A stretch of 64,000 nt of DNA from Lingula anatina (GCA_051362555.1 CM120644.1:22156534-22220533), one strand, 5' to 3'; counted from the first letter of the stretch, positions 36,847 to 49,106 are shown. Notes: generated by a model not told the origin, from the sequence alone. Program-made: numbers and translations.

Positions 36847-37232
36847 AAGATCGATCTAAAAGCTCTGGGAATACAGCCATAGTTGATCTTAAGAGATATG
36901 TTTTCATCCTAAAATGGACAGACCCACGACTAGTCATTTCAGCTCGAAATCCTGAACGTGTGAGGGTTTATGCATATCTCTAATTATGTACATTTCAATC
37001 CCCATAGAACAAATTAAATTCCGAACTGCATTTTGTGTCTGTAATGTTTACTTTATGTGGCATGAACGGGTATAATTTGTATGAAAACAGCACTGTCGAT
37101 CACAAGCTATTGGTCAAGATATATCTGATGTATTGGCGTTGTGAATATGAGGCATACATTGACTAAGATAAAGTCTCTCTTACCTTCTATTACATTTCAG
37201 TAGAGACGAGAGATGAAGTAGTGGCGGTAACC

Positions 37233-38091
37233 ATGGCAACAGCAATAACACAGCCCGACTCTGAACAGGAAGACAATTTTTTTCGCATGACCATTCTAAT
37301 TGTCGATTATGGTTTGAAGGTCTTGCGAGATGTTCTTCGGGAAGAGCTAACAAAAGCGTATTCCAATTTATTTGACCCCCAGTCTGGGTTGTTAAGTGAT
37401 GTGCTTGGTGATGGAACTGTCAGGAAAAAACTGTTTAAACTGTCACCTAGGGTATTTAATGTACATCAACAAAACCAGCTGTATCCTGGTGGAAACCCCT
37501 CCAAAGAAGAGACTGTTGGTAATTTAGACATCACACTGACTGTGCTTTTACTGAGAAATATCACAACATTGACTGCACATCCAGGGTCAAATGCATGGGA
37601 TGACCCCTTAGACATAGACACATCAACAGTAGCCAAGATTGGGCGAGTTAAAAGATACCGAAATGTTGTGTATGCACATGCAAAAAAGTCAGCAATTAGC
37701 GATCAAGAATTCAGTGCACATTTCTCAGGGCTCAAGTCCAACCTCCTGTCTCTCTCTAGTACGTACACAAGTGAGGACTATGATGAAATCTTGACTAGAC
37801 CCCTTGATGCTACTTTACTGAAGGAAAAACGAGACATTCTGATAAAATGGTATGATTATGACAACGATGTGAAAGAGCAGATGAGGTCTCTGGAAAAAAA
37901 CGTTCTTGGGGAGATAAAAAATGGCACACAGCATACACATAATAAACTTGATGAAATCTCGGAAGGAATCACACAGGTGACCCACCAAGTCAGACAGCTA
38001 CAGATGTGCGTGGAAGAGGTCAAAGGTGCACAGAATCGAGATTCACAAAGATGGTCTCTAGATCAGCAAGCTCAGCTGACCAAAGGTACAG
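37233..38091 (+). CDS. Roco protein coding exon 1: DZIP3/hRUL138-type HEPN domain plus coiled coil
   Basis: Acceptor ending 37200, Kozak ACCATGG at 37233; LDITLTVLLLRNIT...WDDP...RVKRYRNVVYAH (Rx5H HEPN motif); phase-1 donor gtatgt at 38092. Join 37233-38091, 39207-39455, 40076-43384, 43660-44000 = 4758 nt, 1585 aa. Confidence 0.8.
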
Positions 38092-39206
38092 GTATGTATT
38101 TTATGCATTTAGATATTTTTTTCTTAAGAGCAGTAAATATTGGGGCCATCATTAATGAAGTACATAATATAAAACTATCATTTCAGGATATGTCGATTGT
38201 GTTCAATTTTGCTCTTAGTTAGAATGAACTGAAATAGTCTTCAGTGACAGATATGTGTACGTGAAGGTCTGATGGCTATTACAAGAAAACTTCCGTTTTC
38301 TTTAATGTTGTATTGAAAGGAAATGTTTAAAACCTAAAAACGTTCACATTATTAACCAATTTAATTTTGCGAGTTACATGTATGAAGGGAACTAGCTGCC
38401 AATGAGAGTTCAGTAAAGTCACGTTTCCCACGCCCTTGAAGCATCTTAAGAGTGTAATAAAACCTAAGTAAAATTATCAAGCAAATGAAATGTAATAGAA
38501 AATGTTCACGGTCTTTTAAAGAGAAAAAATGAAAATTTGCATGGAAAAAACTTCATGTACCACTTATTAAATACGTGTACAGTTTAGTTTCACATAAAAG
38601 AGTTATTTTAAGGGCTATTTTAAGCATTTTTACTACTCTAAACAAGAAATGACAATTATAATATATACTCCATAAGCAGTTATATATATTTCTTTCCACA
38701 AAGCTTTGAAAAAAAACTTCTTCATATGAAAGACTTCCATCACAAACATTCCAACTTTGTTATTAATGAAACAATTCTTTCATATACTGTAGTCGCAATT
38801 CTATTTCGTGTTTCTATTTATTGCCATGGTGGATCACGTTTTACTTTCAGATGCAACTAATATTTTGAAATTTTTGTTGAGTGTACTAATATTAGTTGGA
38901 AAGGAGGAAATTGTCAGAAACAATGCTTATGTACAACAATCTCCCATCATACCATCAGAGATAAATTAAATTTCCACACATATTTAGACATTTGTGTATT
39001 TTGTTTACAGAAATTCAAGAAACTGAACATCGTTTTCTTGTGCAGCTTTCGTGGAAGGAACTCCGCGGATTCAGCTGGCAAAATACTCCATTATATTAGT
39101 TCTGAATCGACCTTCTAGCTGCGTGATGTGAGAGTTAAACGACATTTCTCGTGCTTCATATTACGGCCTATATGTCTAGATTTTTTTTCTTTATTCTGAA
39201 TTCCAG

Positions 39207-39455
39207 ACTCAGTGAACAGTGAAGTTTCGGTCATGGTCACTGGCAGTGGGAGTAACAGAGATCAGAGCGCTGTTACACCGTCTCATATGGATGTACAATC
39301 AAGCAAGGACCTTACTCAGACCCTGATCTTGAAAGCCTCTGATGAACCATCATGTGTCTCAACTTCACCTCATCCAGATGTCACCACCCCCCTGTGTGAA
39401 GCCAGAGACATACACGACGTGAACACCAGTGAAACTATAATGTCAGGGGCAACAG
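39207..39455 (+). CDS. Roco protein exon 2: S/T/P-rich linker
   Basis: Poly-pyrimidine tract plus ttccag acceptor, open frame, phase 1-1, gtaatc donor at 39456. Confidence 0.65.
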
Positions 39456-40075
39456 GTAATCATCCAAAAATATCCGTTCGAGGAACTACATGTACCCGTA
39501 ACTGACACTTTATTTGATTGATATTTCTGTTTGAAAACTTGTAATTGTGATTGTGATTATGATTGTAATTATTGTAATTATGTTTTATAAGTTACCTATG
39601 TACTCAGAAAAATTCAGCCTGATCTTTGTCTAAAGTTTTAAAGTTCTGTGGAATTTATTTTACTTTTATAGGTGTCGAGTAGTCAAAAACGGTACAAGCA
39701 CATTGTATGATGTGTTTTATTCTTTTGATGATCAACAATTAGCTAAGTAAGGATAATAGAAACCATTTGAAAAAAAGTATTATTAAGACGATAAATGATA
39801 AATAAAATGATAAATATATAATATATAAATATATAATAGGGACAAGGGGTAATATTTCTCTTTTCGCTTAAACCACACTGAGAAGAATTCACAAAAAAAA
39901 AAAAGGAACTGACTTTCATGTAGTTTTATGGCAGGTTTGTCAAATATTAATTAGAAAGCTGTTGGGATGAATTAATTTAGATTTTTGAAAGAGTCAGGAT
40001 AGGACTGCCATCCCGCTTTCCTATATCCGATAACCAAATTATATAATATAAGAACTTCAAATATATCCCTTTCAG

Positions 40076-43000
40076 TTATGCAAAGCGCACATGACTATCC
40101 GTGCATAAAAGAGGACACAATGGCTGAAGAAGTTATAGGAGGCGTGGAGGTGTTAGACCTTCTAAAAGATTTGGAGAAAAGACCAGCAGACGACCAGACA
40201 CCAATACCAGACATGATCACCCAGTGTACTGTGCTGGAGCTAACATGTAAGAACATTGAACACATCCCTGACACCATATGTAGATGTATCAATGTGAAGA
40301 AGATCAATCTTGCAGGGAACAAACTTTCGTCACTTCCTCGGTCGTTGCACAAGTTAAAAAATCTCACAAATCTTAACCTTAGTTGGAATATGTTATCAGA
40401 GCTCCCAGCCTCGGTGTCTGCCTTACAACATATAGAGGGCCTAAACCTACAGGCTAACAAGCTATCCAGCCTCCCTTCTGATGTCAGTAACATGACCACA
40501 CTGAAGAGTTTAAACCTCGGGTGGAATCAATTCACAGAGCTCCCAGCCTCAGTGTGTGAGCTACCACATATAGAGAACCTGGACTTAAGCCATAACGAGC
40601 TATCCAGTCTCCAACCTGATATTGGTAATTTGACCACACTGAAGACTTTAAACCTCGGGTGGAATCAGTTCATGGAGCTGCCGGACTCAGTGTGTGCTCT
40701 ACCACATATAGAGAATCTGGACCTTAGCCATAACAAACTATTCCGTCTCCCTCCTGATGTCAGTAACATGGCCACACTGAAACATTTAAACCTCAGAAGA
40801 AATCAGTTCACAGATTTTCCAGCCTCATTGTGTGCTCTACCTCATGTACAGAACCTGGACCTAGAGGTTAACAAGCTATCAAGTCTCCCTCCTGAGGTCA
40901 GTAACATGACCACATTGAAGAGTTTAAACCTAGGGTGGAATCAATTCACAGAGCTCCCAACCTCAATGTGTTCTCTACCACATATAGAGAACCTGCAACT
41001 ACAGCATAACAACCTATCCAGTCTCCCTCCTGATTTTAGTGAGATGACCACACTGAAGAGTTTAAACCTAGGGTGGAATCAATTTACAGAGCTCCCAGCC
41101 TCAGTGTGTGCTCTACCAAATATAGAGAACCTGCAACTACAGTGGAACAAGCTTTCCAGTCTCCCTCCTAATGTCAGTAAGATGACAATACTGAAGAGTT
41201 TAAACCTCAGAAGGAATCAGTTGACAGAGCTCCCAGCCTCATTGTGTGTTCTACCACATATAGAGAACCTAAATCTACAGCATAACATGCTATCCAGTCT
41301 CCCTCCTGGTGTCAGTAAGATGACCACACTGATGAGTTTGAATCTCGGGTGGAATCAGTTCACAGAGCTCCCAGCCTCAGTGTGTGCTCTACCACATATA
41401 GAAAACCTGGACCTACAGCATAACAGGCTATCCACACTTTCTTGTGATGTCAGAAGAATACTCTCACTGAAGAGTGTGAATATTTCCAGTAATAATATCA
41501 CACATTTACCCCACCAGCTTGCCTCGCTGACACTCCATGCTCTGAACGTGGGCGATAATCCTATTCAGCAACCACCCATGTCAGTATGTGAGGCAGGACA
41601 AGAGGCAATATTCAGACACTTAGTAGAACTAAGAGAATCAAAAGCAGTCAAGTCTTGTAGAGTGCAAGTAAACCTCCTGGGAGAAACAAAAAGTGGGAAA
41701 ACCAGTTTAGCACGCTCCCTCAGACGTGGGATACCGATACTCACTGATGAAGCAGATAGAACTAGAGTGGTGGAGCAATCACTGTGGGAAATTGAAAGGG
41801 ACATAAGTTTTAACATCAATGACTTTGGGGGTCATGACGTGTACAGAGTTGGACACCGTATTTTCATCTCACATAACAGTATAGTTCTTGTCACCTTTGA
41901 CCTGTCGACCTATGACCCCCGCAGCACATCACATTTCAAAGAACATATCGGAATCTGGATAGATATGGTGCAGTCCCATAATCCAGGGGTGACAATTGCG
42001 TTGGTTGGTACACATCTCGATAAAACTAATGCAGCAACCAGCAGGGCTGTGTGTGCATCTATTCAACAAGCAATTGCTGATAAAATAAGAAACAGAAAAG
42101 AGTGGTATAATGAGAAAACAAGAAATCAAAAAGTAATAACACAATCCTTACAGAGAGCCGAAGACAGAGGTCTGATTTCAGCATACAGGAATAAGCAAGA
42201 ATCACTGGACGAAATAAGAAGATGTGAGGAATCCAAAATTCATCCTGACATTTTTTTAGTGAGTTCAAAGAATAATGCAGGTTTAGAGAAACTCAAAGGT
42301 TATCTTGCTACCCTAGCGACGAAAAGAAACGTTACCTTACCACAGACCTGGCATGAGGCAGCAAAGAGCATCTGCTCAAGAAAGGAGGATCAAACTAAAA
42401 ACACACTTAGTTGGAATACTGTGAAGCTAGATGTTGAAAGATGTGGACAGCAAAAGCATCACCAAATCACTTATGACAATGTAGATAATATTCTTGCTTT
42501 TCTTGCAAGCAGAGGTGACATCATCTGGTATCCAAACAGTCCAATCCTTAGAAACACCATCTTCCACAGACAGGAAGTTTTAGTTAATCTCTTAAAGGGA
42601 GTGCTCAACCGCAACAATGATGGTTTTCAGTTTTTAACACAAATCATTGTCAGTGAGGCCAAGAAAAAGATAATTAGAGACGAATTCCGCAAGAGGGGAG
42701 TTTTCTCTGTGCAGGTGATTGGCGCCCTTTGGAAACCATTTGGTGTGACAGCCAGGGAAGCCAGTGCAATGGTGGAGCTCATGCAGAGGCTGGAGTTATG
42801 CTTCATGGTGAACAAAGGCAAAGATGGCGCCACATTTCACTTTCCATGGCTACTTAAACAAAGCCGCCCATCAAAAATCAAGTCCAAATGGCCACAATCC
42901 GTACCAAAGGACATTACACAGCTTACCCTGAAAGTGTATTTCCCATACCGCTGTCCTGATGGTCTCTATGAGAAATTGTCTGTGCGCCTTCATTCAACCC

Positions 43001-43384
43001 TTGGACTCTATCAGCCTATGAGGAGAGACTGGAGAGATGGGGTATTTGTGGACATGGCATCACACTGCATGCAAATGACCAGAAGCCAGACGGACAGAGA
43101 CTGGGTGATCACCATTGCTGTCAGAGGTCAACATCTCCCAGACCTGTGGAAAACACTACTCCAAAACCATGATCACCTTATGAACATCATGGAGGAAGAT
43201 TGGCCTGGCTTACCATGTGACAAGTACCTGGTGTGTCCTCATTGTACAAGTCTAGACGCAGAGACTCCAACCGAGTTTCCAGCTGAAATGATTGGCCAGC
43301 CCCCTGACATGAAGGTTACCAGCGTACCATGTTGGGAAACTGGGGAAATGATATCGGCAAACTTAATATATCCTTATATGCCAG
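40076..43384 (+). CDS. Roco protein exon 3: ~20 LRRs, Roc GTPase and COR (MFHAS1-like)
   Basis: 23-aa LRRs; P-loop GETKSGKTS at 41680, G3 DFGG, G4 THLD, G5 VSS; COR-like region with FPWLL and a C-terminal CPHC; donor gtaaaa at 43385. Confidence 0.93.
40360..41470 (+). repeat. 138-bp coding tandem repeat (paired 23-aa LRRs, ~8 units)
   Basis: Recurrent DNA aacctcgggtggaatcagttcacagagctcccagcctcagtgtgtgctctaccacatatagagaacctg at 138-nt period. Confidence 0.9.
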
Positions 43385-43659
43385 GTAAAACTATTTTAAT
43401 ATTAATTAATACATATGATGTCTGTTCTGAAATCATGCTGCTTCTACTACCATCCACATCTCCCAATGAAAATGTAGGAGTTGAATTAATTTTCGGGAAT
43501 CACTGTTTAAAATGATATTTCCATTTCGGATTGGTCAGAAATTCAAGATAGAAAATTGCTATTTGAAATGTGCTTTGTATTTTAAAAGTACATGCAAACA
43601 CAGCCAATCTGCACCCTGACTTGTTACTTTAAAATTTTAACTTTGTTTTGTATTAACAG

Positions 43660-44000
43660 GTTTCGCAGCCATGAAACCCCACCAGAAACGTGCTGTGTTT
43701 CAGAAAAAGGACCTCCTGGTCAGCGAAATAACCATGCCAAATCTGAGTTATCTGCTGGACAAGCTGATAGAGAAAGGAATCATCACTGACAGAGAGAAGG
43801 AGTATGTATGTTCAGTGCCAATTACTGGGGACACAGAGGAGGCTGAAGGGGCAGCAGTAGCAGCTAGTGTGGTGTCTCCTGGACGGACAAGAACACTGCT
43901 CGACATACTGCTCACCAAAGAAGAGAGGGCATTCGAATATCTGTGTGAATTCCTGGTGGAGAATGGGCAGGGCTTTCTAGAAGAACAGCTGAAAAGGTAA
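43660..44000 (+). CDS. Roco protein terminal exon: CARD (death-fold) domain
   Basis: taacag acceptor in phase 1; LVSEIT...LLDKLIEKGIITDREKEYV...RTRTLLDILLTKEERAFEYLCEFLVENGQGFLEEQL fits the CARD helix pattern; TAA ends at 44000; AATAAA at 44088. Confidence 0.82.
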
Positions 44001-44523
44001 TGAGCTCTTACTCGGCTGCTAAGTGAAAAAAAAAGTTATATATATTTAAATGAACGTCGCGGTTTATGCATTAAGGTTTTCCAATCTAATAAAATGTTTT
44101 ACTCTTATAAAGCATTTACAGCTTTGAAGGATAACATATTTCGGTTCAAAATTTTTGTAATATTCGTACAGAAAAGAACCAAATGCTGCTATAAAACGCC
44201 GTTGTCCGGCTAGAATTATTTAAATTTCTAATAGCAGCTCCTGGTTTCTCCCAGGTCGGAAGACGCCTGTCTACATTCAGCTACTACCATTCACTTCTCA
44301 TGGTAAAATGCGGATGTTAAATTAACCAGGTATCAAATTTGAAAATTGCATCTCTCTTTTGGGATGAGTAGTAAATTGTGGTATTTGAATGAGACTGTTG
44401 CTATTGTGTATTTGAAAAAGCATTTTAAAAGAATCTTTAAAGAATACATCAAAACCTTCAGCAGCTGCTTTGATCCACACACACACAGCTAGTCTATACC
44501 TAACAATAACTTGTTATTCACTT

Positions 44524-44784
44524 CAAAAGCGTGACCTGAAACAGCACATAGAGCTCTGCTGGACGAGCTGAGATATCATCACTGACAGAGAGAAGGAGTA
44601 TGTGCGTACTCTGTCGTCTAGTGAAGACACAGATGAGGTTGAGGGGGCAGCAGCAACCACCAGTGTGGTGTCTCCTGAGCAGACAAGAACATTGCTTACC
44701 AAAGAAGACAGGACATTACAGTGTCTATGTAAATGTCTGTAGAAGAATGGGCAGGGCTCTCTAGCAGAAAAGCTGAAAAGATAA
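44524..44784 (+). pseudogene. Decayed tandem copy of the CARD exon
   Basis: Shares atcatcactgacagagagaaggagtatgt, agtgtggtgtctcctg and gaatgggcagggct with 43660-44000, but has deletions and a TAG near 44739. Confidence 0.82.
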
Positions 44785-46386
44785 TGAATTGTCACTTGGC
44801 TGTTATTATTTGTATTTCTTGTAACTCAAGAATCATGCTTTGAGATCCTTAGATGTTGCAAAATTTTGCTCCTTAAAGGCTCTTTACTTCTGAAGCTGAA
44901 GTTAGTGAACCTTTTGTATATTTAAAAGTCTTAACCTACCGATATTGCCATGCTTTGCATTGAGAAGACGGAAAAACAACAACAACGCTGTTGTAAAACG
45001 AAATGACAACCAGTATTTTTTAAAAATTCCAGACATTGGTGTGATATTGTTTACGTTTTCAAGATTCTGATTCCCGTTGCTCAGTCTGAGGAAGGCTGCC
45101 CCGGCTGTCTGCGAACTTCACTCCACTGAGTTGACAATGCTGATGACATTGACTAACACGTCAGATATATCCATTACATGGATGATGATATACTGATGGT
45201 ATGATATGACAATGACATACTTTGTATATGTAATATGCTTCTAATCTGTCTTATTCTAAATGATCTTGGATCCTAGATATAATCAACTGATGACAATTGG
45301 ACAATTTTCCGTTCTGGAGGCAGAGACACACAGCTGATGTTCTGTGCTAGATACATTTGGATGTACCTATACATGTATTACAAAGAGTTATACATGAATA
45401 TCTACCTTTTCTGCATTTGAGCTATAAACACCAACAAAACGGATTGTTTAAAGGATGGTGGTCCACCCATTTTATTAAACACATTATCAAAGTTTTTTCA
45501 CATTTGAGGGATCATTGATGTTACTTTTTTCTCGAGTGAATGCATTTTCAGGAGTGCTAAGTTCATTTTTTAGACTTGCAAACAAAATCACACATTAGTT
45601 AGCACTTCATCTGTATATTACCCCATGCTTATACTATGTTTGTATCAGTACCTTTATTGTAACATAGTGTGCAAGTTTTGATATTGTATATTCATCTCTT
45701 GGTTCATATATTATCAATTAATTAATCTTGCATCATCAGTATATTGTGTATATAAGGTAAGTCATATCACCCATCCATCCCAGATTTTACTAGTGAATTC
45801 AACAAGATATTTACATTATAACATCAAAACAACTGTACAGGCTTTGAGATGTTTACAGACTTTTTGCCTCTGCTATATTGCCAATTTAGATTTCAGTTTA
45901 ATTGCTTGTGGCTGGCAAAGATTTAAGGATATGGAAACATAAATGATCAATGTATATGCAACCATTTTGCCACAACTTTCTCAGTTTGTACTAGACAACT
46001 TCTTGACTTACGCCGTGAATGTGAACCAAAAACCTAAGGTGAAATATATGGAGAGATATCATAGGAAGTCCTCCATGTACATAAACGAAGTCTTCAGTCC
46101 TTCGTCAACACATATTTACGACATATTTTCAATCAGACTTATATGGCAGACGGATTCTTGGAGTTTCTGGGAATTAACCTCCTAAACCAGCATACCCACC
46201 CAGAAATGGGTTGCTAACCCCTAAAACTTATGACAGTTCAAAAAAGCAGCCTGGGTTCACATAAGTCTCTGTCAGTAATTTAATGTGTTGATATTAATCT
46301 GTTTGTAAACATATGTCTGCAAAAATAATCCCAAAATATGGTGCTTTTTGTTGCCATGTTGTAAACTGTCTTTGTATTGCACCTTT

Positions 46387-48878
46387 TATTGTACCACCAG
46401 CGTTAGCGCTGGCGGTACACATGGTTTCGGTCCCGTCCGGATCGTTCCGCCGGCTCCGCCGGCTCCGTTGGCTCCGCCGGCTCCGCCGGCTCCGCCGGAC
46501 GGCTACCGTTACCGCTTCTCCTCCTAGACGGTAAGGGCCCCCGTACCCATCTCATGGATTTAGGTCACCTATAATCTCAACTCGTTCCACGTAAAATTTG
46601 GGCTTTGTCGGTATTGGGGTCTGGGTGTGGCACTCATTGCAATGCACCCTTGTCTAAAAATGGCAAAATTAAATGCTAATTATCTACCCTACGGAAGGAG
46701 TTATGGGAAAAATTTCTATAGACGGCTTTCCAAAAGTCATATGTGTAGATTTCAAATATACCCTTGGATTTGACCTTTGACCTTTACTTCAAGGTCAAAT
46801 GGGCCAAAATTTTCAAAAAAATGAAATTTTTTACGAAAAAAATTTTTTTTTGCCCTGTTATTCAGACACCACACAGACTTAACCAATAATATTATTGGAA
46901 GGTGTTACCCTTCAGGTCATCTTTCATCTCCATGAATTTGGGGTCAATCGGTGCATTTTCACGGGAGTAGCGGCCATAAGATACCGAAACTGAAAACTGT
47001 CTCTAATTCGGGAACCGTTAATGCTAGAGACCCATTCTTTTTTGCATTTTGTAGAGCATGTAAAGCCCAACACTAAAGGTGGTCTCGGTTTTTTTGTATT
47101 CCATACGGTTTTCGAGTTACGCTGTATCAAAAAGTACATATTGGTGGTAAAAGCAAAATGTGCAGTACGGTAATGGATAATAAATTTTGAACTCTGGAAA
47201 AATAAAACATAAGGCTTGGCAAAGCAGACAACTTGTGTTCAAAAATGACATTATTTCAGCAAATTTGAACTTCTGAAACTTCACAGCACCTCCTATTTCA
47301 AGAATTTTGACCAAAATGACATTTTCTTTATTTTAATTATTTTTTTCTGTACGAAATTTAAGGCACATTATGGTAACTCCAAAATTATAACATTTAGTCC
47401 CTTATATCTCCAAAACTGGCAGAGATAGGTCCATAGTTACTATTGAAGTTGAATAGGAAGTCATATACTGGCAATCTTACTATGACCTTGAAAGTGACCT
47501 TTGACCTACTTTTCACCATGAACTGAACTTTGCAAATTTTTCTTCCCTTTTATCTCCAAAACTGGCAGAGATAGGTCCATAGTTACTATTGAAGTTGAAT
47601 AGGAAGTCATATACTGGCAATCTTACTATTACCTTGAAAGTGACCTTTGACCTACTTTTCACCATGAACTGAACTTTGCAAATTTTTCTTCCCTTTTATC
47701 TCCAAAACTGGCTGAGATAGGTCCGTAGTTACTATTGAACTTGAATAGGAAGTCATATACTGGCAATCTAAATGTGACCTTAAAATTGACCTTTGACCTA
47801 CTTTACACCATGAACTGAATTTTGCAAATTTTGCTTTCCTTTTATCTCCAAAACTGGCTGAGATAGGTCCGTAGTTACTATTGAACTTGAATAGGAAGTC
47901 ATATACTGGCAATCTAAATGTGACCTCAAAATTGACCTTTGACCTACTTTTCACCATAAACTGAACTTTGCAAATTTTGCTTCCCTTTTATCTCCAAAAC
48001 TGGCAGAGATAGGTCCATAGTTACTATTGAACTTGAATAGGAAGTCATATACTGGCAATCTAAATGTGACCTCAAAATTGACCTTTAACCTACTTTTCAC
48101 CATGAACTGAACTTTGCAAATTTTGCTTCCCTATTATCTCCAAAACTGGCTGAGATAGGTCCATAGTTACTATTGAACTTGAATAGGAAGTCATATACTG
48201 GCAATCTAAATGTGACCTTGAAATTGACCTTTGACCTACTTTTCACCATGAACTGAACTTTGCAAATTTTGCTTTCCTTTTATCTCCAAAACTGGCAGAG
48301 ATAGGTCCGTAGTTACTATTGAACTTGAATAGGAAGTCATATACTGGCATCATAAATGTGACATTAAAATTGACCTTTGTCCTACTTTTCACCATAAACT
48401 GAACTTTGCAAATTTTGCTTTCCTTTTATCTCCAAAACTGGCAGAGATAGGTCCATAGTTACTATTGAACTTGAATAGAAAGTCATATACTGGCAATCTA
48501 AATGTGACCTTGAAATTGACCTTTGACCTACTTTTTATCTTGAACTGAACTCTGCTAATTTCTTTCTCTTTTAACTTCAAATTTGACAGAGATAGGTCCA
48601 TAGTTACTCTTGAACTTGAATAGGAAGTCATATACTGGCAATTTACTGTGACCTTGAAATTGACCCTTGACCTACCTTACAAAGAACTTAAATTTGATTG
48701 TACCATATATATTTTTTGCAATAGTTTAAAAATTCTTGTTGATTGCATTTTTACAGCTTGTCAAGCACAAAACTGGTGGCTGTGTCCCTTATTTTGTGTA
48801 TGTGGGGGTCTATACGAATGCGCTTGCTCCAGCTGGTGGTACAATATTCGGAGGCGGTATCGCCTCTCTGATCCTCTA

Positions 48879-48881
<3 letters not shown>
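46387..48881 (+). mobile_element. Non-autonomous Helentron-associated element (HINE/DINE-1-like) carrying a satellite array
   Basis: 5' subTIR tattgtaccaccagc plus adjacent inverted repeat (gctggcggtac), (CCGGCTCCG)n microsatellite, internal tandem array, 3' subTIR gctggtggtacaata, hairpin gaggcg-gtat-cgcctc and CTAG end; inserted in a T/TTA tract; empty site at about 23495-23512. Confidence 0.85.
47404..48677. repeat. 146-bp satellite, ~8.7 copies
   Basis: ctccaaaactggc recurs at 47408, 47554, 47700, 47846, 47992, 48138, 48284 and 48430. Confidence 0.95.
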
Positions 48882-48937
<56 letters not shown>

Positions 48938-49106
48938 TGAATTAAATTAAATCTATAAGATGCTCAGATGTTCTTTCCAGAGACCAAATTTAGGTGGTAA
49001 GTTAATTTAATAGCATTAAATTAATAGTGTTCCAAACACTGTAAATTTTTGACATGTACATAGGCTTTTTGCTGTTATTGTAGATGCCATTATCTTTGCC
49101 CCATCT

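Noticed and set aside
40095-42833. Antisense ORFs within the Roco exon
   Set aside because: Shadow ORFs of a long coding exon, with no motifs.
40078-43515. Gene symbol MFHAS1 or LRRK2 for the Roco gene
   Set aside because: There is no kinase domain, so it is not LRRK. The extra HEPN and CARD domains and the divergent sequence suggest a lineage-specific MFHAS1-like paralogue, so orthology is not claimed.
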